Assembly (NCBI GenBank): GCA_964586925.1
Contig: CAZPJI010000001.1
Span: 63,280 to 127,279, forward strand
DNA from: an uncultured Gammaproteobacteria bacterium
GTDB taxonomy: Bacteria > Pseudomonadota > Gammaproteobacteria > JAKDMP01
Direction of reading: 5' to 3'
Length of the DNA: 64,000 bases
Under the pieces are notes generated by a model. That model had not been told where the DNA came from and made no database searches. It saw only the letters and a list, made by a program, of their open reading frames with translations. A program made the translations under genes and the position numbers. The stretch's first letter is position 1. Every line of letters starts with the position of its first letter. Below, piece after piece: positions 47,598 through 56,386 of this stretch.

Positions 47598-49340
47598 TCA
47601 CGTCTTTATATCCATTGGCGCAGCCTCGGGAACCTGCCACCCGAGCTGCCGGTGCCGGGCCAGGTAGAGCGGCGTCCAGGCATGGGGCACGCGGTAGACG
47701 AATTTGTAGCGGGCGACGTGATAGCTCGGATCGAATCCGTAGAAGTTGAGCCGCATCCGCTCCAACTCTTCCTCGCGGTAGGCCCTAAGCGGCTTGGCGG
47801 CCTCGTCGCGACTCCTGCGCCGGTCTTTCGCGGCGAGGCGGCGGGCGAAGTCCGCGGGATGCGCAAGCCTTTGTGCACGCGCACGCACGTCCTCCATGAA
47901 AGCGCCGGGTTCGGGGCCTGCTTCATCGTCAAGCAGGCCCCAGGATTTTGCCGCTCCGGACAGCACCGGAAGCCGGTGTTGCATGATGCGTCCCGATTCG
48001 TCCGCGCCCACGCGCCGCGGGAGCAGGTACGTCCAGTATTCCGAGCCGTACAGGTTACCCATGTTCTGGTAATGGGGATTGAGGACGATGCCCCGGCGCG
48101 CATAGATTTCATCGGCCGCCAGGGCCAGGAAAACTCCGCCCGCGCCCGCATTGCCCCTGAGCGCTGCGATTGTGAGCTTGTCCGCGGTAGTGATGATCTC
48201 CTCCGCGAGATCATCCATGGCATTGATGTTGCGCCAGGATTCATCGGCCGGGCTGGCGGCGGCCTCGATGGTATTGAGGTCGAGGCCGTTCGACCAGAAA
48301 TCCCGTCCACCCATGAGAACGATGACCCGCGTGGGGCGAGAGCACGCGTGGCGATACGCCGCCAGGAGCCGGCGGCAGCGCGCCGTGCTCATGGCGCCGT
48401 TGTAGAAATCGAAGTACAGATATCCGACCGCGCCGTCTTCCTGGTAAAGGATGTCCATGTATCCGATATCGTTCGGGGCAGCCGTTTCTGAACACGCTTC
48501 CGGCACTCCTGCAAGGCGTGAATCGCCGAGTGCGGCGACTGCCGGCAGTTTGAAAGGCAGGGCGGCTTCGCCGAGGGCGCGCAGATGACCGATCCAGATC
48601 GCACCGTCGCCTGTCGCCCGGCAAACCGCGCCGTGGTATTGGGTCAGGATATCTCCGGGTTTGCCCCGAAAACCCATGGCAGGATGTGCGTCGACGGTCC
48701 GGCAGGGCAGGCCGAGGATTTCATCCTCGACGCCGGGATTGCCGTCGCCGGCCCATATCTTGCGTAGCGCGGTGCGCGTGTCGTCGCCGGCCCAATCGAT
48801 CCTGCGCTCAGATTGGCGCATCATTGGCCGCCAGCCGCGGCCAGCGGCGCCCGGGAAATTTGCAGCAGGAATCGGTTCGAAGCCGGGTTCGCCGGCGTGC
48901 GCCACGGCCTCGAGCACCGCCTGCACGGCCGCTTCCGTTACTTCGAATCGGTAGAGACTGCTCTTTCGCGCTTCGCGCATGGGGAAACCGCGCGCTGCCC
49001 ATACCGGTCCGGCGTCCATTTCGGCCTCGGCTTGCAACACGGTTACGCCCCAGTATGCCTCCTGTTCGAGAATCGCCCGGTCCAACGCGGAAGGGCCGCG
49101 GTCGCCGGGCGGACCAGGATGGACGATGAGGCAGCGGTGCCGGCGCCACACGGCTTCGGGGATGGCACGCTTGAGGTATGGGGCAACGATGAGGTCGGGC
49201 TGAAACAGATCGACCGCTTCGATCGTGGCCGGATCGTTGATGTCGAGTTCGACCGAAAGTTCGTGCCCGCGCTCTGCCAACTCCGCGTAAATACGTTGGC
49301 TCAGGCTGTTGAATGTATGACAGAGCAGGAGAATACGCAT
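47598..49340 (-). CDS. hypX: HypX/HoxX hydrogenase maturation factor
   Basis: It has an N-terminal N10-formyl-THF transformylase-like domain (MRILLLCHTFNSLSQRIYAELAERGHEL...VHPGPPGDRGPSALD) and a C-terminal crotonase-like domain. The start chosen is MRILLL (49340), which overlaps the hypD stop (TGATG-type coupling). The track ORF extends to 49535. Confidence 0.8.
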   Translation of the reverse strand: MRILLLCHTFNSLSQRIYAELAERGHELSVELDINDPATIEAVDLFQPDLIVAPYLKRAIPEAVWRRHRCLIVHPGPPGDRGPSALDRAILEQEAYWGVTVLQAEAEMDAGPVWAARGFPMREARKSSLYRFEVTEAAVQAVLEAVAHAGEPGFEPIPAANFPGAAGRGWRPMMRQSERRIDWAGDDTRTALRKIWAGDGNPGVEDEILGLPCRTVDAHPAMGFRGKPGDILTQYHGAVCRATGDGAIWIGHLRALGEAALPFKLPAVAALGDSRLAGVPEACSETAAPNDIGYMDILYQEDGAVGYLYFDFYNGAMSTARCRRLLAAYRHACSRPTRVIVLMGGRDFWSNGLDLNTIEAAASPADESWRNINAMDDLAEEIITTADKLTIAALRGNAGAGGVFLALAADEIYARRGIVLNPHYQNMGNLYGSEYWTYLLPRRVGADESGRIMQHRLPVLSGAAKSWGLLDDEAGPEPGAFMEDVRARAQRLAHPADFARRLAAKDRRRSRDEAAKPLRAYREEELERMRLNFYGFDPSYHVARYKFVYRVPHAWTPLYLARHRQLGWQVPEAAPMDIKT

Positions 49341-50506
49341 CAGGCCGGCGACCGACATATTTTTTCGGATACAGGCTGCTCGGCAAGACCGCGGTGATGG
49401 CGGTACTTGTAGTAAGCGGCGCAGGCGCCTTCGGAGGACACCATGCACGATCCGATAGGGTTGCTCGGGGTGCAGACGGTCCCGAATATCTTGCAATCCA
49501 TGGGCTTCTTTGCGCCGCGTATGATGGCTGGGCACTGGCAGGCCTTGTTTTCGGGCACCGGCCGCGCCACCAATCCGAACCGGCGTTCGGCATCGAACGC
49601 CGCGTATGCGTCTTTAATTTTAAGGCCGCTGTAGGGCACGTTCCCGAGGCCCCGCCACTCGAATTCGGCACGCAGTTCGAACACTTCGGCCACCAGCCGT
49701 TGTGCCTTCAGGTTGCCCTCGCGCGTAACGCCGCGCAAGAACTGGTTCTCTACCGTAGCCCGGCCCGAGTTGAGCTGATCGACGAGCATGCGGATCGAAA
49801 GGAGCACGTCGAGCGGTTCGAAGCCCGAAATCACGACCGGCTTCTGGTACTCCCGGGCGAAATACTCGTAAGGGCGGCTGCCGATGACGGTGCTCACATG
49901 CGACGGGCCGATGAAACCGTCCACCTTCACGCTACCCAGGGAGCGCACTTCCGGAGAGTCGAGGATGCTCTGGATGGCCGAAGGGGTCAGCACGTGATTG
50001 CAGTACACCGTAAAGTTGCGCAGCCCGAGGCGGCTTGCTTCCAGGATGGCCAACGCCGTGGGCGGGGTCGTGGTCTCGAAACCGATGGCGAAAAACACGA
50101 CGTTGTTTTCCGGGTTCTCCTGTGCGATCCGTACCGCCTCGGTTGCGGATGTAACGACTCTGACGTCGCTGCCCCTGGAACGCGCTTTGACCAGGCTGCG
50201 CTTTCGCGAGGCGGGGACACGCAACATATCGCCGTAGCTCGCAAGTATCACGTCGTCCCGTTCGGCCAGCTCGACAGCCAGATCCAGGCGCGGGATCGCC
50301 AGCACGCACACCGGGCAGCCGGGGCCGTGCACCAGCTCCACATTCTCCGGCAACAGATCCTGGACACCATGGCGAAAAATCGCATGGGTATGGCCGCCGC
50401 AGAACTCCATCAAGTGATAGCTGCGGCGCGGATCTACCTCTTGCGCCAACTTTCCGGCGAGGGCCGCGGCCGCCTGGCCGTTACGAAACTCGCGGATATA
50501 CCGCAT
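49340..50506 (-). CDS. hypD: [NiFe]-hydrogenase maturation factor HypD
   Basis: MRYIREFRN is the typical HypD N-terminus. It has the CGxH, GPGCPVC and C-terminal Fe-S cysteine motifs. The start is taken at the internal Met (50506) of the track ORF. Confidence 0.9.
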   Translation of the reverse strand: MRYIREFRNGQAAAALAGKLAQEVDPRRSYHLMEFCGGHTHAIFRHGVQDLLPENVELVHGPGCPVCVLAIPRLDLAVELAERDDVILASYGDMLRVPASRKRSLVKARSRGSDVRVVTSATEAVRIAQENPENNVVFFAIGFETTTPPTALAILEASRLGLRNFTVYCNHVLTPSAIQSILDSPEVRSLGSVKVDGFIGPSHVSTVIGSRPYEYFAREYQKPVVISGFEPLDVLLSIRMLVDQLNSGRATVENQFLRGVTREGNLKAQRLVAEVFELRAEFEWRGLGNVPYSGLKIKDAYAAFDAERRFGLVARPVPENKACQCPAIIRGAKKPMDCKIFGTVCTPSNPIGSCMVSSEGACAAYYKYRHHRGLAEQPVSEKICRSPA

Positions 50507-50738
50507 CGGGCGATTCTCCAATGGCCTCTGCCAGCTCGGCAAAGAGCGCCAGTGTCTTTTCCGCTTCTTCGACGTCGAGCTTGTTGATGGCATGGCCTAC
50601 GTGCACGATGACATAGTCGCCCGGTTGCACGTCATCCAGGAGTGCAACGGATATATGACTGCGGATGCCGCCGGTATCCACGAGTGCGATCTCGTCCGGA
50701 AGCAATTCCACGACTTGTGCGGGCACCGCGAGGCACAT
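50481..50738 (-). CDS. hypC: [NiFe]-hydrogenase maturation chaperone HypC
   Basis: MCLAVPAQVVEL... has the N-terminal Cys2 signature of HypC/HupF. It is 85 aa and overlaps the hypD start. Confidence 0.9.
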   Translation of the reverse strand: MCLAVPAQVVELLPDEIALVDTGGIRSHISVALLDDVQPGDYVIVHVGHAINKLDVEEAEKTLALFAELAEAIGESPDAVYPRVS

Positions 50739-50741
50739 GAT

Positions 50742-51503
50742 TTAGCCCGTCCTGGACAAGTGCAGCGAGGGACGCATGCTCATTTGCTCTCCAAGCCATC
50801 CGAGCCAGGGATCAAGTGACTCAGCGAGTCGAGAGGATACCAGGAAGACAGGCGCTGCGTTGCCGATCGTACGCACGGCCTTTTCGGCTTTGTCCGGATC
50901 GAAATCGCCCTGCAAGGCTTGGAGCAGATCGGTCTTGGTCAATAGCACTAGATCCGACTCACGGAACATGACGGGATACTTGGCGGGCTTGTCATCGCCT
51001 TCGGTCGTACTCAGCAAGGTAACGTTGAGATGTTGCCCGAGATCGAAACTGGCCGGGCAAACCAGGTTGCCGACGTTCTCGATAAAAAGGACGTCGATTT
51101 CGTCGAGATCCATGCCGTGCAAGGCATCGTGCACCAGGTGGGCATCCAGATGGCAGGCCGTGCCGGTCGTGATCTGTACGGCCGGTACGCCGCAACTCCG
51201 GATCCTTTCTGCATCGTTTTCCGTTTCTAGGTCACCTTCTATGACTGCGATACGCAGATTCTTGTCCAAATTCCGAATTGTCGCTTCCAGGAGGCTCGTT
51301 TTTCCGGCCCCGGGGGATGACATCAGGTTTATTGCAAGGACACCATGGGCATCGAAATGCTCGCGGTTGTGCGCTGCCTGACGGTCGTTGACATCCAACA
51401 AGTCGGTCAACACCTCGATGGTATCTTTCCCGGAATTCGCATGAATCGCATGTGCATGCTGTTTATTTCCGGAAGTAATCGTGCAGCCGCATGTTTCACA
51501 CAT
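50742..51503 (-). CDS. hypB: [NiFe]-hydrogenase nickel-incorporation GTPase HypB
   Basis: It has an N-terminal metal-binding CxxCGC (MCETCGC), a G1 motif (SSPGAGKTSLLE) and the SIMIBI-class GTPase fold. The start is taken at the internal Met. Confidence 0.9.
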   Translation of the reverse strand: MCETCGCTITSGNKQHAHAIHANSGKDTIEVLTDLLDVNDRQAAHNREHFDAHGVLAINLMSSPGAGKTSLLEATIRNLDKNLRIAVIEGDLETENDAERIRSCGVPAVQITTGTACHLDAHLVHDALHGMDLDEIDVLFIENVGNLVCPASFDLGQHLNVTLLSTTEGDDKPAKYPVMFRESDLVLLTKTDLLQALQGDFDPDKAEKAVRTIGNAAPVFLVSSRLAESLDPWLGWLGEQMSMRPSLHLSRTG

Positions 51504-51903
51504 CTCTATGTTCCTCCACAAAGTCAGCGGATGCCGGCAGCGGTTCATACGAAGAGTCTTCGGTTTGCAGCTCCAGGCTCGCCAGTATCAGTTCATCTCC
51601 ACCCAGAAGCGTGGTGTGGTAGTCGCCGCAATTGGGACACAGCAGTTTGTTTGTCGGTACGACCGACTCCATACCGCAACCTTGGCAGCGTACCCTCGGG
51701 GGCATCTCCTCGGTCGCCAGAACCGCTTCTTCGGCCAGCGTCCCGTGGCGGGCAACAAGGAAAGTACGCTGCAACAGAACGGGTACGACGCCCGAAAGCG
51801 GACCGATCTTCAGGTCGATTCGAGTGACTCGTACAGCCCGGTTTTGCTGAGCAATTTCTTCGACTTGGGACAATAAAGCCTGGCATATGGCAAGTTCGTG
51901 CAT
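51496..51903 (-). CDS. hypA: [NiFe]-hydrogenase nickel-insertion protein HypA (with about 20-aa C-terminal extension)
   Basis: It has MHELAICQALL..., a MHE nickel-binding N-terminus and two CxxC pairs (CQGCG...CPNCG). Confidence 0.88.
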   Translation of the reverse strand: MHELAICQALLSQVEEIAQQNRAVRVTRIDLKIGPLSGVVPVLLQRTFLVARHGTLAEEAVLATEEMPPRVRCQGCGMESVVPTNKLLCPNCGDYHTTLLGGDELILASLELQTEDSSYEPLPASADFVEEHRDV

Positions 51904-51950
51904 CGGCATTCACCTCACAAAAAGTATAGAAGCAGCACAGCCGTAACCTC

Positions 51951-52051
51951 TTTGACTCAGATCAAATCCATGCCTTTCCAGTCTGTCCGGGCGTTGCGAG
52001 GCGGGTCGGAAAAGCAGATTGGATTAATTTCGCTCCTTTTGATCTGAGTCA
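51951..52051. promoter_or_regulatory. Long-range perfect inverted repeat TTTGACTCAGATCAAA ... TTTGATCTGAGTCA in the hypA / hoxM divergent intergenic region
   Basis: The sequence seen at about 51951-51966 is exactly reverse-complementary to about 52038-52051 (14-15 nt), about 70 nt apart. Each half contains a TGA-N6-TCA core. Coordinates are approximate (plus or minus 1). Confidence 0.5.
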
Positions 52052-52086
52052 GGTCACAGTCCCAACCGGCGAGCTAGCCTTTTCAA

Positions 52087-52632
52087 GTGGCTTGGCGGAG
52101 GGACAGAGGAATGCAGGCCAATAGTCTCGATTCGGAACTGGACATGGAAAGCGTGCAGGCCGAAACCGCGGTCCGCGCCACGGTATTGGGAATCGGCAAC
52201 ATCCTTCTCGGCGATGATGGTGTCGGCATAGCCGTTGTGGAAGCATTGAGGGATGAGTTGTCCGCGCAGGGCGTCAAGATCGTGGATGGCGGCACATTGA
52301 GCTATACGCTGCTTCCGCTGATTGAAGATACCAACGTGATGATAACGGTCGATGCTGGCCGCCTCGGAAGTGTGCCCGGGTCAGTCTCTACCTTCAAGGG
52401 TGCGGCCATGGACGAATACCTCGGGAGGGCTTCATCCGGCACGGTCCATGAAGTCAGTTTGCGGGACCTTATGGATATGGCCAGGTTGAGAGATTCACTG
52501 CCCGAACACCGTGCCCTGGTGGCCATTCAACCTGATAGCGTCGACTGGGGCAGCACATTGACGCCGCGGGTGGCCGAAGCGGTACCCGTTGCAGCCGATG
52601 CCGTGCGCCGGCTGCTGGAGGTGTGGCAATGA
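52087..52632 (+). CDS. Hydrogenase maturation endopeptidase (HoxM/HupD/HyaD family)
   Basis: It has LGIGNILLGDDGVGIAVVEAL (a GNxxxxDDGxG nickel-dependent protease motif). The likely start is MESVQAE (52144). Confidence 0.85.
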   Translation: MAWRRDRGMQANSLDSELDMESVQAETAVRATVLGIGNILLGDDGVGIAVVEALRDELSAQGVKIVDGGTLSYTLLPLIEDTNVMITVDAGRLGSVPGSVSTFKGAAMDEYLGRASSGTVHEVSLRDLMDMARLRDSLPEHRALVAIQPDSVDWGSTLTPRVAEAVPVAADAVRRLLEVWQ

Positions 52633-53102
52633 ACGAACCGATGGACATGGCCGGGTCCGCAGCGGCTGCCGGCCGACAACCGCCCCCGGATGAAGCGGAG
52701 ACGATAGGCGCGGGCTTCGCCGCCATTCTAGGCGAGCTGGTTCAGCTTCTCGAGCGTTTTTCAGAAACCGGCGAACGCGGCGTGATCGATCTTCACACCC
52801 TTCCCATGTCGCCGGTGGAGTACGAGAATCTGCGCGATGTCCTCGGACGGGGAGAAGTGGCCGCCGAGCTTGACATTGGCGGTCCATCGTCAATTTACGA
52901 AACGAGTTTTCACGGCGCTTGGTGGGTGCAGCACTGCACGCCGGACGGTGAGGTTGCGGCGGAATATATCGAGGTCGCCGCGGTGCCTGAAATGCTGCTT
53001 GCGGATGCCTCCGAAGCCCGCCGCGACGCACAGCGATTGAGGACCCGGATTGCGCACTGGGAACCCTTAGCGAGTAACGAGGGGGTGACAGAAGATGACT
53101 AG
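52623..53102 (+). CDS. Hydrogenase-operon protein of unknown function (159 aa)
   Basis: Its start overlaps hoxM and its stop overlaps hynS. It has an acidic C-terminus and no motif I can assign to HyaE/HybE/HupH with confidence. Confidence 0.5.
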   Translation: MAMNEPMDMAGSAAAAGRQPPPDEAETIGAGFAAILGELVQLLERFSETGERGVIDLHTLPMSPVEYENLRDVLGRGEVAAELDIGGPSSIYETSFHGAWWVQHCTPDGEVAAEYIEVAAVPEMLLADASEARRDAQRLRTRIAHWEPLASNEGVTEDD

Positions 53103-54240
53103 ATCCGAATCCGTCCAAACGGTCAATGACGCACTTGACAGGCAAGGCATCAGTCGACGGACTTTCCTGAAGAGCTGCATGCTTGCCGCTTCCGCGATGG
53201 CTTTGTCGCCGCTGGCCGGATCGGCCATGGCAAAGCAGCTGGGCAAGATGAAACGGCCGTCCGTAATCTACCTTTCGTTCCAGGAGTGTACGGGATGCCT
53301 GGAATCGCTGACCCGTTCTTTCAGCCCCACGTTGGAGCATTTGATATTCAACGTAATCTCCCTGGACTACGACGACACCCTCATGGCCGCCGCCGGCCAC
53401 CAGGCCGAAGCCGCCAAGGAGCAGGCGATGCGCGACAACTACGGCAAATACGTCCTTGTCGTAGACGGTGCCATCCCCTTGGCGTTCGGCGGAGCATGCC
53501 ATACGGCGGCGGGCAAGAGCGCGATCCAGATCCTCAAGGAGGCGGCCAAAGGAGCCAGGGCGATCGTTGCGGTGGGCACATGCGCGACCTTCGGTGGCCT
53601 TCCGCATGCCAATCCGAATCCGACCGGCGCGATAGGCGTGTCGGATCTGATCAAGGACAAGCCTGTGATCAACGTCTCGGGTTGTCCGCCCATTCCCGTG
53701 GTCATGGCGGGAACGATCATGCACTTCTTCGCTTTCGACAAGGTCCCGGAACTGGATGAGCTGCATCGCCCGAAGATGTTCTATGGCAATACGATCCACG
53801 ACCGTTGTTACCGCCGGCCTTTCTACGATGCCGGCAAGTTTGCCGAGAGCTTCGACGACGAAGGTGCGCGCAACGGCTGGTGCCTGTACAAGCTCGGCTG
53901 CAAGGGGCCGACCACGTACAACTCCTGTGCCACGCTGAAATGGAACCAGGGGGTGAGTTTCCCGATCGAGTCCGGACATCCTTGCCTGGGCTGTTCCCAG
54001 CCGAATTTCTGGGACGGCGGCAGCTTCTACGCGGCGTTACCCACGCCGAAGTGGGGCAAGGCCGGCGAAGGCAATCCTTCCAAGGCGGGAGAGATCGCCG
54101 GTGCCGCGGCCGGTATCGGGGCTGGGGTCGGGCTTGCGGCTGCGGGACTGTCGCGTTATCGCCAATACCGCCGGGCCATAAAGGCGGCGGCTGCCGCAGA
54201 AAATGGCGACGACAGCGACGGGCAATCAAAGGAGGAATGA
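53095..54240 (+). CDS. hynS: [NiFe] hydrogenase small subunit (HynS, Isp-type group 1)
   Basis: It has a Tat signal (SRRTFLKSCMLAASAMALSPLAGSAMA) and the Fe-S cluster Cys ladder (CTGC...GTCATFGG...CPP...C..C) of small subunits. It is 381 aa. Confidence 0.9.
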   Translation: MTRSESVQTVNDALDRQGISRRTFLKSCMLAASAMALSPLAGSAMAKQLGKMKRPSVIYLSFQECTGCLESLTRSFSPTLEHLIFNVISLDYDDTLMAAAGHQAEAAKEQAMRDNYGKYVLVVDGAIPLAFGGACHTAAGKSAIQILKEAAKGARAIVAVGTCATFGGLPHANPNPTGAIGVSDLIKDKPVINVSGCPPIPVVMAGTIMHFFAFDKVPELDELHRPKMFYGNTIHDRCYRRPFYDAGKFAESFDDEGARNGWCLYKLGCKGPTTYNSCATLKWNQGVSFPIESGHPCLGCSQPNFWDGGSFYAALPTPKWGKAGEGNPSKAGEIAGAAAGIGAGVGLAAAGLSRYRQYRRAIKAAAAAENGDDSDGQSKEE

Positions 54241-54243
54241 GTC

Positions 54244-54981
54244 ATGGATCTTCTGAGCATTGCACGCGGGCCGGCTCTCAAGGCGGCGTTGGCCATCTTT
54301 TTCTTCGGCATTACCTGGCGTCTGGTAACCATTTTCCTGCTGCGTCATAACTGGCAATTGAGCTTTGCCCGTGAGGGCAGGGCGGGCGCCTGGTCCGGAG
54401 CATTGAAATCGGTGTTTACTTTCCGCAGACCACGGCTCAGCCGGGCCAGGCGTAGTTCGATGGAAGCGACCGCAGACGCAGCCGTAGCGGTAGGCTCCCG
54501 ATCCTGGCCCCATCCGCCATTCGTACGCCGAACGCTCTATGGCGAGACGATCGGGTATCTCTATCACATCGGCCTGGCGCTCGTGGTCATTTTCGGTGCG
54601 CCGCATATCCTGGTGCTGAAAAGCTTCTTCGGTGTCGGATGGCCGGCTTTGCCGACGCCGATCATTACCATTATTTCCGTGCTTACGCTGGCGCTGCTCT
54701 TTGCGGCATTGATGCGTCGCTTGGGCAGCCCGGTGCTGCGCCATCTATCCAATTTTGACGATTATTTCAGCTGGAGCATCGTAACGCTGGTTTTTGCTAC
54801 CGGCCTCATGGCGCACGGACACCTTGGTGGCCCGTACCAGGATGTGCTGGCATGGCACATCCTCAGTTTTGATCTGTTGCTGGCGTGGTTCCCGTTCGGA
54901 AAACTCATGCACGCATTCTTCCTTACGCCGTCACGGGCCATCGCAGGTTATCTGCTCAAGAGAAGGGGGGCGCCGGTATGA
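54244..54981 (+). CDS. isp1: Isp1: NarI-like b-type cytochrome membrane subunit of the Hyn hydrogenase
   Basis: The 245-aa protein has five predicted TM helices with conserved His residues. It sits between hynS and the hdrD-like gene exactly as in the hynS-isp1-isp2-hynL loci of purple sulfur bacteria. Confidence 0.75.
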   Translation: MDLLSIARGPALKAALAIFFFGITWRLVTIFLLRHNWQLSFAREGRAGAWSGALKSVFTFRRPRLSRARRSSMEATADAAVAVGSRSWPHPPFVRRTLYGETIGYLYHIGLALVVIFGAPHILVLKSFFGVGWPALPTPIITIISVLTLALLFAALMRRLGSPVLRHLSNFDDYFSWSIVTLVFATGLMAHGHLGGPYQDVLAWHILSFDLLLAWFPFGKLMHAFFLTPSRAIAGYLLKRRGAPV

Positions 54982-56339
54982 CACCAGACAATCGTGTGTC
55001 GAGTGCGGCTGCCATCGCGGCCAGTGATATCCGCCAACCGCACGGTCATTATGACGAGGAGGGTGGGGCAAGCGCCCAGGCCCGAGTCAATGCCGCGGTG
55101 CGCAGCTTCGTGCTGGACGTGGGAGCCGTCTCGGCCCTGAGACTGGATTCATGCGTGCATTGCGGCATGTGCGCGGATGCCTGTCCCTTTTATGTCGCCA
55201 CGGACGATCCCCGCTATACGCCGATCCACAAGGTAGAGCCCCTGAAACAGACCTATAAGCGCGAAGCGGGACCCTTCGCGCCGTTCTTCAAGCTGTTGGG
55301 ACTCAAGCGCAAGGTTACGATCGAAGAGCTGCATGAATGGGAAGAGCTGCTATTCGACAGTTGCACCCTGTGCGGACGCTGCAGTCTGATTTGTCCGATG
55401 GGGATAGACATTACCGCGCTGATAGAAGATGCGCGCCACGGGATGTCGGAAGCCGGACTGGTGCCGAAGGCATTGTATGAGAAGGCCTACAGGCAACATC
55501 GCAGTGGCAATGTGTTCGGTCTGAGCAACGAAGAAATTACCCGCCGCCTTGCCGGGATAGGGCAGGAGCATGGGATAGATATTCCGATCGACCGTGCCGG
55601 TGCCGAGATCATGGTATGCACGACAGTCGAAGAAATGGATGCCTATCCGGCCACGGTTGCGGCCATGGTGCGGGTGCTCGAACATGTCGGTGCCAATTAC
55701 ACCTTCTGCAGCCAGGCGGTCGACGCGAGCAATTACGGTTACGTCGGAGGCAGTCTCGCATGGGAACGTGAAGGCATAGTGCGAATTGTCGAAGCGGCTA
55801 AGCGCTACGGTGTGAGAACCGTCGTCATGCCCGAAGATGCCTTTGCCTATGTTGCTTTGCGCTGGGAAGGGACCGAGCTGTATGGCAAAGCGCTGCCCTT
55901 CGAAGTGAAGCACATCAGTGAATTCATGCAGGAGGAACTGGCAGCCGGACGTCTTCGCCTGAAGAAAGGCAACGGTGCAGACGGCGGGGCCGTGGTGCTC
56001 CATGAGTCCAGCCAACTGCTTCGCCGCGGTGGTGTGGTGGGTGCGCCTCTCGACCTTTTGGAGGCGATGGGGGTGGCCTTCAAGCGGCCTGCCGATCACG
56101 GCGCCTTCGCATGGTGTTGCGGCGGAGGCGGAGGGGTTCTGGAAAACGAACGGGCTCAACCGTTGCGCTACCGGGTATTCGAAGCCCGGATGCGCGAAAT
56201 CGAGGCAACACAGGCCGACGAGATCGTTACCTGCTGCTCGGTCTGTCGGCGGACGTTTGATGATGGCGTGGACCGTTTCGGCTGGGACAAGCGCATTGTC
56301 GGACTCACGGAAATGGTGGCGGCGCACCTGGCCGGGTAA
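54978..56339 (+). CDS. isp2: Isp2: heterodisulfide-reductase (HdrD)-like Fe-S subunit
   Basis: It has two ferredoxin-type CxxCxxCxxxCP motifs (CVHCGMCADACP, CTLCGRCSLICP) and two CCG domains (WCCGGGGG). The start at 54978 overlaps the isp1 stop. Confidence 0.85.
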   Translation: MTPDNRVSSAAAIAASDIRQPHGHYDEEGGASAQARVNAAVRSFVLDVGAVSALRLDSCVHCGMCADACPFYVATDDPRYTPIHKVEPLKQTYKREAGPFAPFFKLLGLKRKVTIEELHEWEELLFDSCTLCGRCSLICPMGIDITALIEDARHGMSEAGLVPKALYEKAYRQHRSGNVFGLSNEEITRRLAGIGQEHGIDIPIDRAGAEIMVCTTVEEMDAYPATVAAMVRVLEHVGANYTFCSQAVDASNYGYVGGSLAWEREGIVRIVEAAKRYGVRTVVMPEDAFAYVALRWEGTELYGKALPFEVKHISEFMQEELAAGRLRLKKGNGADGGAVVLHESSQLLRRGGVVGAPLDLLEAMGVAFKRPADHGAFAWCCGGGGGVLENERAQPLRYRVFEARMREIEATQADEIVTCCSVCRRTFDDGVDRFGWDKRIVGLTEMVAAHLAG

Positions 56340-56386
56340 AAGGGCATCGCTTGAGCATGGGAGATGCCGGGAATCAAGGAAACGAT

